Positions 39,151-52,680 are shown, numbered from the stretch's first letter. The stretch is 64,000 bases of DNA from Mobula hypostoma (GCF_963921235.1 NC_086107.1:99264001-99328000); one strand, 5' to 3'. A program made the numbers and translations. The notes: generated from the letters alone by a model not told the origin.

Positions 39151-39244
39151 AAATGCTCACACTGCCAGGAGCCTGGCGCTACCCTGGGCTGCTACTGCAA
39201 GGGATGCCCACTCAACTATCACTACATCTGTGCTCTGGAAGCAG
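39151..39244 (+). CDS. TCF20: TCF20 ePHD exon, 94 nt
   Basis: CTTCCCCCAG| acceptor, then [31 protein letters not shown], then G|GTAATT donor. Confidence 0.96.
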
Positions 39245-41019
39245 GTAATTATGGTGAGGACTGGGTGGGTGATGGTCTTGATCACAGGTTGGGAAGTTGG
39301 TCTGTCGGCTAGGAAAGGCACATTCACGGTGCAGCTAGAGCAGCCCTAGATGCTGCTAAAAAGCCTGTGGAACCGATCTAAATTAATTGAGTCCCACACT
39401 GCTCCTACACAGCTTAGTACAGGCCTTGTCATATGGTACATCTATTCATGAACTATTGGCTCCTGTTGCACAGATGGCCATAAAGTACCATTCAGCCAGT
39501 CTTTATCAAATTAGCTTAGAGCTATTGTACTTAATCTGATATCCATAACCTTGCACGTTCCTCATCCTCCTGTACTACAGAAAAGACTCCAGCTGGGCCA
39601 GTGGGATCAGAAATCTAGTGGCAAAGGTAAATTGAGTGCCTCTCTGTTAAACCGGTGAGAAGAGATTCTGGTGATAATGTTATGAATCTGAAGGCAGTGG
39701 CATTGGGAGTTGAGTATAAAATTAGGAAAACATGGTTTAAAGAAAAAAGGAAATTGTAAAAGAACTGTAGCATTAAAAAAAACTATTGTAGGTGTATGCC
39801 AAGTACCTGGATAATGATGCTAAAAATGGATAGAATAATATTTTGGAATCATTTAAAACAATGATGAAGAGAATCCAGGAAAAGAGTATCTCACTAAAAC
39901 AAGATTCTCCTACCTATAACAGCGTTAATGAATGAAGGACTAAAATAGGAAGAAAAATCAAACTAGGGAGACAAAGTATAGAATTAAATTATTGAAGGAT
40001 ACAAAGTTCTCTATAAATGTTACAGGTCAAATGAAAAATAAGGATAACTTACAAGAATGACTTTGAAATGGTAGTAATATTAATGAGTTACTGGTAATAG
40101 GAAGGATAGACAGATGTGTTGTTAGTACCACATATGAAAGAGATAGTAGTTTTATCCAGGGTAGACAACACAATGGATGTGGTGTTGGAACAACACCCAA
40201 AGGATATTTAAGCATTTAAATTAAGAAGTGGAGAAATAATTGATAAAAGTTAACCAGACTCATTCAGGTCTACTACATTTGTGCATATTGAAAGAAGGTG
40301 GGACATAGTTGCTGCCCATATCCTATAAATATTAAAGCAGTCATGTCTGAGGAATGATGAACAACTGATGTGATTGCCATAGTTAAAATGGGAAATAGAA
40401 CCAACAAACACTTAAAACCTGTTAGATTAAAACTGATGACAGGAAAAATAACCAAAATGTGTATGAATGAAAGTCTAGTTCCTGGAGAGAGGACTGAAGA
40501 GTAAAGAAGTAATGTTAAACATAAAAATCCTTTAGTGATCATTTACTGTCCTCTGAATAGCTCTGGTTTTTGTATTTAAACCTGTTTGGAGACAAAAGGG
40601 AAGATGTTTTAAGTAAAAAATTCACATGGTGCTAGAGCAAGCAGAGTGAGACTTTTCTGGAGTAAGGACACAATGAAGAATTAACTAACAGAGGTCTTTA
40701 AGATTATGGCAAACAATAGCATAGGTATAGAGAAGGAGTTTTGTTTTTTGTGTAAAGATCATACATTGGGAGAGAATTTAGAACAAGGTTCTTCACCGGA
40801 TTGCTGAGGGGTCTGGAAGTTGCTCCTGTAGGAGTGTCCAAATAAAAAGTAAACTAGATGAACGTACGGTTGGAAGGTATGTTGTCTTATATGGAACATA
40901 AATGCCTGCTGTAGAACATTTGGCCAAAAACACTCCCAACTCCAAATATTTAGTGTGAAATTCCTTCAGTTTTTGTACTCTCCCAGCTTCTAACTTTAGT
41001 TTGTTTAAATTTAGGAACC

Positions 41020-41285
41020 CACAGCAGTTTAGCGGTTAGTACAACACCCTTCGGGCTCAGGGCATCAGAACTCATAGTTCAGTTCCTGCGCCGTTTCTAT
41101 GTCCTTTCCATGAGCCCATGGGTTTCTTCCAAGTGCCCCAGTTTTCTCCTAAAGACATACTGGTTAATGAGTTAATTGGTCCTTGTAAATTGTCCTGTGA
41201 TTAGGCTAGGGTTAAGTAGGTGGGTTGCTGGGCAGGGCAGCTCATTGGGCTGGAAGGGCCTATTTCATTCTGTATCATTAAAAAA
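41020..41285 (+). mobile_element. Degraded V-SINE
   Basis: TTTAGCGGTTAG and AGTTCAGTTCC boxes, with a 3' part similar to the SINE at 11690. Confidence 0.65.
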
Positions 41286-41371
41286 GTAGTTAGAAAGCTA
41301 GAAAGAATGAACTCTTCCTCGGGATTCAGAATTCACTTACACCATCTCATCTCAATATTTTTCTCCTTCAG

Positions 41372-41421
41372 ATTGCTTTCTGAATGAAGAGAATTTCTCC
41401 ATGAAATGCCCCAAACACAAG
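41372..41421 (+). CDS. TCF20: TCF20 exon, 50 nt, end of PHD
   Basis: TTCTCCTTCAG| acceptor, (D)CFLNEENFSMKCPKHK, |GTAAGT donor. Phase is compatible with the previous exon. Confidence 0.96.
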
Positions 41422-43526
41422 GTAAGTAATTTCGACCTGGTAGTCTTTATTCCTGAATGGGAGACAGCTGGAGGCTGAAGCCCTGTGTTCCTTCCCCACC
41501 TTTCCCACCACTTCAGCCCAGGGCAGATCCATCATGGCTTGGATACGGAGGTGAAAGACAAGTGTCTCAACGCTGTACCGTCTTCCTGTCCTGTGTGAAT
41601 AAGTTATCTCTGCCACCCCATCAGTATGCTTCCTAGTTTGTGCAATGCTCTGAGTCTTGGGATTGATTCCTCCTTGTTTCGGATGTTGGGGGAGGGTGTT
41701 TTGTCAAGAGCACCTACCCAGGAGGTGTACCTGCTTCTAGGAATATCTTTGTGCTTGCTCTTCCAAAGAGCTGTAAGTAGTTCTTTCCAGTGCTTTTATC
41801 CGAAGTTTTCTCTCAGTTCTCAGCAGTTCTCACCTGATTGTAATTGTTCATTGCATCAGATATTCCCCTGCACCCCTACTGCTCTCAAGTCACTCTTTGG
41901 CACATTAAACACAAAGGCACAGGAGGATCTCAAAAGGAGGGATAGAAGGGTCAGACAGCACCTATGAAGGGAAATAGACAGTCAACCTGGAACATAATTT
42001 ATCCATTTTCCTTCATTGATTCTGTCTGATCCACTGCATCCCTCCAGTGTCTTTGTGTGTTGCTGCAGATTTCCAGCACCTTCAGCCTCTCGTATCTCCT
42101 CTTGCCATATGAAATTTATTTCATTCAGCCTTTTGAAATTATCCCTCATTGTTTCAACTTCTCAAATAAAGACCTCCATCAAGTCTCCTCAAAGCTACTT
42201 GTAGCCTTTGTAGTAAATCTGTGTTGTGTCTTCTGCCAAGCCTGTGTAGCCATAAAACTGATACTATGAATTGGCCACAACACTGTAGCTCGAGCCATGC
42301 TGGTGGATTATTTTCCTTTCATTATACTTCCTGGTTTTCGACTCCACATTCGGCCCAACGAGTGCTCTGTCGTTCGATCATGGCTAACTTATTTTCAACC
42401 CCATTCTCAACTTCTCCCTGTAAAACATTGATCATTGCAGGGTACCACTGGTCAAAGGCCTCTAATCAGAGAAACAGCCCTCTACCTCTACCCTCTGTCA
42501 TCTATAATCAAGCTAGTTTTGGATCCAGTTTACCAGCTCACCATGGATCCCATGTGACTTAATCTTCTGGACCAGCACTGCCTATTCACCAGGCTTCTGC
42601 ATCTCACCTGTGACTAAAAAGGATACAAGGATCTCTGTCAATGTCCCAGCCATCTCCTCCCTTGGTTTCCTCAGTATACTGGGGTAGATCTCATCTGGGA
42701 AATTAGCCACGTTACTGTTTTTTAAGACATCCAACACAAACGCCACCTTAATATTAATACAGCCTAGAATATTTGCATACTACTCCCAAGTCTGACCATC
42801 AGCCACGTCCTTGGTGAGTACCAAGATCAGACCACTTTTTGTGAGTACTTAATGCAGAAAACCAGGTAATTACAAAGAGTTCACAAACTTTTTCTTGCAC
42901 TATGCATAATGTCACCATATACAATTCTGAGATTCGTTTTCTTGTGGGCATTCACAATAAATCTAAATCCAGTAACCACAATAGAATCAATGAAAGACTG
43001 AGCGGACAACCAGTGGGTAAAGACAGCAAACTGTGCAAAGACAAAAGAAATTATATTCATAAATAAATATGGAGAACATGAGATGAAGAGTGCTTGAAAA
43101 TGAGTCCATCACTTTCAAGTGTGTGCCTTCAGGCTGTTGTACCACGTCTCTGATGATAGCAATGAGAAAAGGGTATGTCCCGGGTGAGGGGGGTCCTTAG
43201 TGATAGACGCCGCCTTTTCGAGGCATCGCTCCTTGAAGATGCCCTGGACGCTGGGGAGGCTGGAACTGGCTGAGTTTACAGCTTTTTCCAATCCTTTTAA
43301 CGATTGCATTCTTTCAAATTTACACCATGTTCTGCATTCCATTATTGCTCTCCCCTTGTGCTATCTCAACGCACTGTGTTACGAAATGATCTGTATGGAT
43401 GACTTTGAAAACAGTTTTCAGTGAACTCAGTACACTTGACAATGCCAAACTAATTGTTCCCCCACCCCTGCGTCAAGTGCTACAAAGGAAGGAATGATTT
43501 AAATTGCAGGCTTTTTTTCTCTCCAG

Positions 43527-43574
43527 CACAGGGCTACAAAAGGTAGCAGTACAGAGCAGTCGGAGCGAGGCTGA
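43527..43574 (+). CDS. TCF20: TCF20 last coding exon (exon continues to the donor at 43613)
   Basis: TTTTCTCTCCAG| acceptor, then HRATKGSSTEQSERG*, matching the recalled TCF20 C-terminus STEQSERG. Donor CAG|GTGAGC. Confidence 0.92.
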   Translation, partial: HRATKGSSTEQSERG

Positions 43575-43948
43575 GCAGAGGCCTCCAGTTCTCCACGGAC
43601 ACAGCACAAGCAGGTGAGCAGGCCACGAATAACTCGTGAAGAAGGGGAAAGCACTAAGTTAATTTGGGAGAGGAATGGGGAAACAGATAAATTTTGGCAG
43701 ATGATTTTAGGGGGCAGTTTGTGGGTGTGCAGTTTGCTGGGTGTAGAGCGAGAGGCGTCAGAGTACAGAAGCTGTGTCACCAGGTGTGAGTTTGGAGATT
43801 GAGTGGATGTGGTGTTATAAGATACAGGCAGTGATGTTAGGACGAGATGAAGAGCAGGGGTCGATCAGTGGGAGGGGGCACCCGTGCAGGGTTATGAGGT
43901 CACAGCAGTCATCTGATTCTTATTTTTTTTCTGGCTTATTCCCTGCAG

Positions 43949-44560
43949 GTCCTCCTGTTGAAAGACAGTGAATCCGACATGATTCTGGTATCGGACAGGG
44001 TGACTCCATGGGTGTGTCTTCAACCCTGAGCGCCCACTGTTTACTGCAACCACAAAGAATTGCCGGTTAAAGGACTTGGAGCAAAAATAACCCTGGACCT
44101 GTGCGCTTGCAGCCCCGATATCTTGAAACCACAGGGCAGTGAACAAAACAACAAGAAGACATCCTGACTGGAAAGGGTGGGGTATCCAGGGTGGGGATAG
44201 GGGGGATTCCACTGAAACCACCCCCTTCCCCCTAACCTTGCAGAGACCCAGAGCTGAGACCTCGTACCCTGGATTGTCCTTGGCTCAATCTTCTAATGTA
44301 AATGGCTTCAGTCTGAGAGGATGGACTGCCTAGATTCTATATTTTATTTTTTATTTTAAATATATCAGTGACTCTTGGTTTTCAAATACCTTTTTTTCCT
44401 GTTTCTCTGTCCCTTCCTCCTCCATTGGCTGACCATGGCAGGACAGTATAGTGGTGAGAGCTCGCCCATGTATGTTCAGTGTTATTTTGGGTGTTTTATT
44501 CAATATATATATATTATATTATATTATATATAGTTATTAAATTGTTTACAACAGTAATGG
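43949..44560 (+). other. TCF20: TCF20 terminal 3'UTR exon (3' end approximate)
   Basis: Acceptor TTTTTTTTCTGGCTTATTCCCTGCAG|. Repeat-free with U/AU-rich stretches. Candidate polyA signal ATTAAA at 44536-44541. Confidence 0.7.
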
Positions 44561-44719
44561 AATTTGCCGATGATTGTGCATTAGTCCCTGTTGGATGCGG
44601 TCAATAAGACCCAAGGTCCAGATTTTGCTACCTATCCCTGACTCCACATGTCTTGGCCATAGATGTGTATTTCTGATGTGACAAAGCAAAGTTGTACTTT
44701 CTGTCATCATTTCCAGACA

Positions 44720-45185
44720 TTGAGGGGGCTGAGTCTGCAAAATTATGTTCAATTTTGGTCAATCTGCTCTAGGAAAGGTGCAGAGGAGATTTGCAGGGAT
44801 GTTGCCAGAACTCGAAGGACCAGGTTATGGAGGAGGTTGAGCTGTTGGATCATAGGAGAACAAGGAGTCATCTTTTAGAGGTGAATAAAATCATGAGGGT
44901 CATAGATAGTGGGAATACACACAATCTTTTTCTTAGGGTTGGATACTCAAGCACTAGAGCTCATAGGTTTAAGGTGAGAGGGGAAAGATGATAAGAACCA
45001 GAGGGGCAACCTTTTCACCCAGGGGTGTTCAGTCTATGGAATGAGCTGCAGAATTGGTTAAGGCAGCTACATTACCAACCTCAAACAAGTACTTAGATAG
45101 GTGCATGGAGAGAAAAGGTTTAGAGGGATATGGGTTTGGTCAGCATGGACCAGTAGGGCTGAAGAGACCATTTCTGCACCGTATA
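44720..45185 (+). mobile_element. Degraded CR1 3' fragment
   Basis: NYVQFWS; LLEVNKIMRVID..STRAHRFKVRGER. Confidence 0.7.
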
Positions 45186-46804
45186 ATATTTTTATAGTAC
45201 AAGACCAGCAGTGATTTAACAATGAGACCGATTGCTCAAACAGTTGCTGTAGGGCCAGGTGTTTTACAACTGGTTAAATACAGTGAGGCAGGAATAATTA
45301 GTATGAGATCCTTTTGAGGAAGTCTGATCAGAATATGATTAAAATTTTACATTTAGTCAGAGCGTGAAGGCCATATCTTGCAGACAGTGGAATGGGTGTG
45401 AATGGGGTGGAGGAAATAGTGGATGGAAATTAGATTAAAAGTCAAAGTGAGAGATAAGCAGTACTCGTAATGAATGAAATATTACATTATTCTCATCAAA
45501 ATATGGAAAAAGGAAAAGCTAGGCTAAATTAAATATTTATAATGATAAGAATAGGGGTTGTGAGAATTTTAGAAAACAACAGTGACTAAGAGAACAAACA
45601 GACTGCTGGAGGAACTCAGTGGGTTGAGCAGCTTCTGTAGGAGGAAAGGAATTGTTGACATTTCAGGTCAAAACCCTGCATCAGGGCTTCAGATTTCAGC
45701 ATCTGCTGTCTCCAGCATTATCTAAAACTTTGGTAATTGGGGAAGAGAGTAAGCTACCAAGAAATATAATGGTCTGAGTAAAGGAAGGGAATGGCAAAAG
45801 TAAGTGCTGGTCCTCCAGAAGTAGAAGTGGGAATTAATGGAGAATAAGGAAATGTTAAATAATTTGTATTTGTCTTCACACAACCTCCAGCTTATCATGG
45901 ATATTCGCTTCTGATGAAAGGTCAACAGCTTGAATTATTAACCCTTTCTCACTACAAGATGCTGCCCATCCTGAGGATATCCAGATATTTCTGTTTTTAT
46001 TCTTGTTTTGAGGTACCTGCTGCTTTTTGAACCCAACATTGGTCCTGGGGTCCATCATAAAGAAATAGTAACAAGGTGCATAGAAAATGATGTTGCTGTT
46101 AGAGTCAACGTGGACTTATGAAAGAGAAATAGTATTTTTATAATAGTATTGATTTCACTCAAATTGTAACCACAGAGCGGATAAAGTCAGTGTGGTCATC
46201 TAGATTTCCTATATCAATCAAGAAAATCCCACAAGAAGATTTGGCCATGAGATCACTTTAAGGGAATATCAAAGACTAGCAATCTTACAAAACCATAGGG
46301 ATGAACAAGTCACTTCTAGATTGCTGTTCCTGATCAATGGTGGTAAGTTGCTAGGAGGATACAGAGTGCTGAACACAGCGCTGATCTTCTTTAGCTTCAC
46401 TTGATGAATTCCTGTTTTAATTATGGCAGTGGTCCTATGTGTCTGGAGTTAAAAATGCCAGTTGATGTTCCTAAAGCAAAGTTCTGGGGGTGGGGGAGGG
46501 ATTGTTCACTGGATGGATGTTGTGAGGTTGTTTCCACCAGCAAAGAATCTAAAATCAGAGTATATAGTCTCAGGATCGGAGGACCACCATGCAAGATGGA
46601 TGAGGAGGATCTTCTCAGGTTTCTGAATCATTGTAATTCTTCATCTTACCACTGTGGATGTGGATTCCCAAGGACAGATTAGAGAATATCATAAAATGCA
46701 TTTTGGACACATTCCCCAAAATGGGCATCAGGGAGGAAATCTGGAATTGCTCTGCACAGATATCTGTAAGAGCAGTCTTGATCAATGGATGGGAAATGGC
46801 CAGA

Positions 46805-47390
46805 GAAAAGCAAGAGATTGTGAACTTCAGGAAGGGGAAGTCAGGAGAACACACATTAGTTCCCATTGAGGGGTCAGTGGTAGAAAGGGTGAGCAGCTTC
46901 AAGTTCCTGAGCATCAAGATCTTGAAAGATGTATCCTGGGTTCAACACATTGATGCAACCACAAAGAACACATACTTGCAGCTCTACTTAGGAGTGAGGA
47001 GATTCTGTTTGTCACTGAAGACTCCAACAAATTTTTATACATGTTCAGCAGAGAGGAATTTGACGGTTTGCATTACAACCAGCTCCATCACAGGTACAAC
47101 CCTTCTCACCATCGAGGACATTTTCAAAAGATGGTACTTCAAGAAGGCAGCATCCATCAGTAAGAACTCTTACCATCCAGGAGATGCCACCTCCTCATTG
47201 CTACCATCAGGAAGGAGGTACAGGAGCCTAAAGACCTACACTGAACAATTCAGGAACAGCTTCTTCACCTCTGCCATCAGATTCCTGAACCATCCACGAA
47301 CACTATCTTCTTTTGTAACTTACAGACTTCTTGTATCTTTGCTGCTGCTGCAAACCAAATTTCATACCATATAAGTCAGTGATGATTGAG
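46805..47390 (+). mobile_element. Rex1/Babar-type LINE 3' fragment
   Basis: EIVNFRKG..VERVSSFKFL..HPGDATSSLLPSGRRYRSLKT..FRNSFFTSAIRFLN. Confidence 0.85.
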
Positions 47391-48689
47391 CAGCTGTGAT
47401 CTGTGCCTGCTGCTCCTGTTCCTATTTCTAATTTCCATTTTCCTGCCAATCTGAAGTTCATCCTCTCAGTCAGGCTTTGCCTCCCTGTTCCTCAGTCTGT
47501 AAGGTCAGACTATGATGAGCTGGTTGATTTTTCCTTTAGGATGACAACTTTGAAGATGGCTGCAGCTTTCAACAAGTAAAAGCCAGAGTAGGACAGGCCA
47601 ACTCCAGGAAAGAATGCAGAGTCTTCCCTTTCTGTGCTTGATGGGTTAAATGAGAAGAACCCAAGAGGGAAAAGTCGGCAAAACTCACTTACTTCTGAGT
47701 CCTCTGAGGTCGGCTTCTGATCTAGAGTCTGGTCTGTGATCAGCAGCCCCACAGAGCAACAGATGTGTACAACACTAAGCTCCTAACTGGCAGCCATAGG
47801 GAAGGGCACTATCACATTTGCTGATCAAATTTACAAACTGAAGGGGGTGAATGATGATCAGCAATTAGTGACCCATCACACCGTTGGATGTGCCTCTACT
47901 GTACCCTGAAGGAAATCCTCTGGTCTTGCACTGCTAATGGGTATCATCACTTTGTGTGGGATGGGAGTGGACACTCAAGTTCACAGATGGGAAAGATTCA
48001 GAGGGATCTAGGCAAATGGAACTAACTGGGGTCCTATCCTTCAGCACTGATGAGTTGGTCTGAAAGGCCTTTTTCCATGTTTTACTAATCTTATGATTGC
48101 TGCCTGATCATCTTGAACCAGAAGACTGTCTGACAGAATACCACATACATATATGATGGACATGCTCTGGGCTTTGAGGAGGGAATCAAAGAATTGTGTC
48201 TACCTGTTCTACGCAGATATCCAGAGTACAGTTCAAATTAATGGGTGGGAAACAAAGCTTCCCCACCAACTCTGGTCAGACGGTTATCCACTCTCCCAGC
48301 TTGTTTATGTTGAGCATAAAACCCTTTGACAAATCCAGTGGGAAGTACGTGCAGAAGAGAGGTGACATCACAGTCAGAGGAGGCACCCGGATTAAAATCT
48401 CCCTGTAAGTGGATGTCATCACTATATTCTGTTTGTAACCATGGCCTGCAGATTAATGGCATCTGCATCCAGTTGGAAGCGGTCTAACCTAATATCTTTT
48501 GATCTTTTGAAATGTATTCCTCTCCAGCTTGAATATATTGTGACTGAGCCTCCACTTTTGTCTTGGGCAGAGAATTCCAAAGAGGCACTACCCTCTAGGT
48601 GAAAATATTTCCCTCATCTCTGCCATGAATGGATGCTTCTTTGAGTCTGTGAACCTTGGTTCCAGATACCTCGGTCAAAAGGGAACACT

Positions 48690-51600
48690 GTAAGACCATA
48701 GGTCATAGGAGCAAAATTTAGCCCATCGAGCTGCTCTGCCATTCCATCGTGGCTAATTTATTATCCCTCTCAACCCCATTCTCCTGCCTTCTCCCAGTAA
48801 CCTTTGATGCCCTGTTTAATCATGAACATATCAACTATACTGAACATATAAATATGCTCAATGACTTGGCCTCCACAGCTGCCTGTGGCAGTGAATTCCA
48901 CAGATTCACCACCCTGTGGCTAAAGAAATTCCTTCTCATGCCTTTTCTAAATAAATGTTCCTCTATTGAGGCCGTGCCCTCTGACTCACCCACTACAGGA
49001 AACATCCTCTCCACATCCACTCTGTCTAGACCTTCCAATATTCAATGAGATACTCCCTCAGAGCCATCAAATACTCCTCATACATTAACCTTTTCATTCC
49101 TGGAATATTTTCGTGAACTTCCTTGGGCTCGCTCCAACGCCAGCACACCTTTGCCTAGAAAAGGAGCTCTAAACTGTTCACAGTACTCCCAAGTGGGGTC
49201 TAACCAAAGCCTTATAAAGCCTCAGCATCACATTCTTGCTCATATTCTAATGCTCTGGAAAATAATGCTAACATTGCATTTGCCTTCCTTACCATCAGCT
49301 CAACCTGCAAGTTTACCATTAGGGAATCCTGCACAAGAATGCCAAAGTCCCTTTGCAGTTCTGATTTTTGAATTTTCTTCCCATTTAGAAAATAGTCTAT
49401 GCCTTCTACCAAGGTGCATGACCATGCACTTCTGGACACTATTCCATCTGCCACTTCTTTGCCCATTCTCCCAATCTGTCCAAGTCCTTCTGCAGACTCC
49501 CTGCTTCCTCAACACTACCTACCCCCCACCTGTCTTTGTATCATCTGCAAACTAGGCCACAAAAGTGTCAATTCTGTCATCCAAATTATTAACATATAAT
49601 GTGAAAAGAAGTCATAATACCAACCCCTGCAGAGCACCACTTGTTACAGGCAGCCAACCAGAATAGACCCCTTTATTCTGAGTCTGCCTCCTGCCAATTA
49701 GCCTATCTATCCATGCTAGTATGTTTCAATTAATACCATGTGCTCTTGTCAAGCCACCTCATGTGGGACCTAGTCAAAAGCCAGGAAATCCAAGTACACA
49801 ACATCCACTGACTCCTTTGTCTATCCTACCTGTTATTTCCTCAAAAGAATTCCAACAGATTTGCCAGACAAGATTTCCCCTTAAAAAACCATGCTGACAA
49901 CTATTTTGTCATGCGCCACCAAGAACCCTGAAACCTCATCCTCAACAATGGATTCCAACACTGTCCCAATCACTGTAGTCGGGCTAATTGGCGTATAATT
50001 TCCTTTCTTCTGCCTCCCTTCCTTAAAGAGTGGAGTGACATTTGCAATTTTCCAGTCCTGTACCATTCCAGAATCTAGTGATTATTGAAAGAACAATACT
50101 AATGCATCCTCAATGTCATTGGCTACCCGTTTCAGAACCCTGGAGTGCCAAGCATCTAGTCCAGGTGGCTTGCCTACCTTCAGATATTTCAGCTTCCCAA
50201 ACACCTCATTAGTAATAGAAACTACACTCACACCTGCCCCTTGACACTCTAATTTCTGGCATACTGCTTGTGTCCTCCACAGTGAAGGCTGACGCAAAAT
50301 ACCTATTAAGGTTGTCCGCTATTTCTTTGTCCCATTGTTTCCGATGTTGGGGAAGTCCAGAACGAGGGGTCACAGTTTGAGGATAAAGGGGAAGCCTTTT
50401 AGGACCGAGATAAGGAAAAACTTCTTCACACAGAGAGTGGTGAATCTGTGGAATTCTCTGCCACAGGAAACAGTGGAGGCCAGTTCATTGGCTATATTTA
50501 AGAGGGAGTTAGATATGGCCCTTGTGGCTAAAGGGATAAGGGGGTATGGAGGGAAGGCAGGTACAGGGTTCTGAGTTGGATGATCAGCCATGATCGTAGT
50601 GAATGGCGGTGCAGGCTCGAAGGGCCAAATGGCCTACTCCTGCACCTATTTTCTATATTTCTATGTCCCCATTGCTACCTCTTCAGTTTTTTTTTAGGCA
50701 GTCCAATATCCACTCTCACCCCTCTTTTACTCTTCATTCCGTGCAGAAGTCGGGCTCAGGTATATAGCGAGGGTGCCTAAGACTTTTGCACTAATGCATT
50801 TGTCATTGCAGAGTGGAGAGCAAGTTTGTAAATCTGACGGGACAAAGGATTTTGGAAATAGTGAGGGTGGACCACTACGAGAGGGTTGTGGGACAGGTGG
50901 TAGAGAAGGAATGCCAGGGTGCAGACATACCCATCCCTAAGACATCAGGCAAGGTCATATGGTTCTAAGCAATTGGTTATTGATCATTACAGAATGTCTC
51001 TGGTGCTTCCCCTTTTCTCAACCATGATTCCTCTCTCCCTGCCCCCTTCCCCACTTTCAGTTCACAATAGAGACCCATATAAGAATCAGATTTATCATCA
51101 CTCACATGTCATGATTTTTTTTTTGTGCCAGCAGTACAGAAGTCTTAGGCACCCTATATATATGTGCCTAAGACATTTACACAGTACTCTATATCGGGGG
51201 GGCGGGGGGACTGATATTTTAGGCTAGTTTGCCTTCATTTTCTTCTTTTCTGTCCTTATGGGTTTTTTGCTTCCTTCTGGTGGTTTTTTTTTTAAAAAAA
51301 CTTCCTAATTCTCTAACTTCCCAGTAATTTCCCACTAATTTTTGTGATATTATGTGCCTTCTCATTTGCTTTTATGCTGTTTTTGACTTTCCTCGCCAGC
51401 CATGGTTGGTTTGGTACTCCTTTAGAATACTTCACCTTTGAGATGTATCTTTCGAATTGCCGCCAGAAGCTCCTGCCATCATCACTGCTAGTGACCCCTT
51501 CCAATCAACTTTGGCCGGCTCTGTAATCCCCTTTACTCCACAGTAATACTAATACATCTGACTTTACCTTCTCCCTCTCAATGAATACTATCATACAGAA

Positions 51601-52680
51601 TATGATCACTGCCTCCCAAGGGTTCCTTTACCTTCAGCTTCCTAATCAGATCTGGTTCATTGCACAAACCCAATCCAGAATTACTTTTCCCTTAATCTGA
51701 ACCACAGGCTACTCTGAAAAGCCATCTCACAGGCATTCTACAAATTCCCTCTCTTGGGATCTAGCACCAATCTGATTATCCCAATCCATCTGCATATTGA
51801 AATTTGCAGATTATTGTAACATTACCCTTTTCACCAGTTCCTGCTGAAATTTATATCCCATATCCTGGCAAATGCTCAGGTCCTGTATATAACTCCCTTC
51901 TTTTTGCCCTTGTAGTTTCTTAAATCTGCCCACAAGGATTCTACATCTGATTCTATGTGACTTCTTTCCAGGGATTTGATTTCATTTTTTTACCAACAGA
52001 GCCACCCCACCCCCACTGCCTACCTGCCTTACCTTTCGATACAAGGTGGATCCTTGGGTGTAAAGCTCCCAACTACGATCTTCTTTCATCCATATTTCAG
52101 TGATGCCCACAACATCGTACCTGCCAATCTCTCAACTGCGCTACAAGAATTGTCTACTTTATTCCGTATACTGCGTGCATTCACTATAATACCTCAGTCC
52201 TGTATTCATCACCCTTTAAGATTTTGCCCCTATGTTACATTTCACCTCATCCCACTGACTGCAATTTTGCCCTATCATCCGCCCGTCCACCCTCACAGTC
52301 TCACTACACACTGCACCTACTTGTATACCAACTGCCCCATCCTCAGCCCTATCACTCTGGTTTCCATCCCCCTGCCAAATTAGTTTAAACCCTCCCAACC
52401 GCTCTAGCAAACTTACTCACAAGGATATTGGTCCCCCTCGGGTTCAGATGTAACCCATACTTTTTGTACAGGTCATATCTTCCCCAAAAGAGATCTCAAT
52501 GATCCAGAAATCTGGAACTCTGCCCCCCGCACCACTTCCTCAGCCACTCATTCACCTGTTGCATAATCCTATTCTTGCCCTGGCTGGCAAGGGCATAACA
52601 CTGGGAGTATTCCAGAGATTACACTACCTTGGACGCCCTGTTCTTCAGCCTTTTTTTTTCTAGGTCTCTAAATGCACTGT
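48690..52680 (-). mobile_element. Long, internally deleted CR1 LINE (ORF1 end to 3' tail) with nested insertions
   Basis: Colinear pieces: WLRKWCG..LFWGRYDLYKKYGLHLNPRGTNIL (SGNH-type ORF1, about 52400-52550), FKLIWQGDG, LKVGKPPGLD, DWKIANVTPLFK, RNFFSHRVVNLWNSLP and the tail. Confidence 0.75.
50338..50663 (+). mobile_element. Young CR1 3' fragment inserted in opposite orientation
   Basis: SRTRGHSLRIKGKPFRTEIRKNFFTQRVVNLWNSLP and a TTTCTAT tail. Near-TSD TGTCCCATTG / TGTCCCCATTG. Confidence 0.85.

Noticed and set aside
41422..41478. Alternative C-terminus by read-through of the 50-nt exon (VSNFDL..AGG*)
   Set aside because: The donor GTAAGT is perfect and nothing in the sequence supports retention; transcript data would be needed.
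13029..43574. Identification as RAI1
   Set aside because: QSSYHG at the start, CCLCGK..TLPKNPPPK, KCSHCQE and the C-terminal STEQSERG fit TCF20 as I recall it.
46658..47374. 238-aa ORF as a host gene
   Set aside because: It is a Rex1-type LINE remnant with an internal deletion, joined to unrelated upstream sequence.
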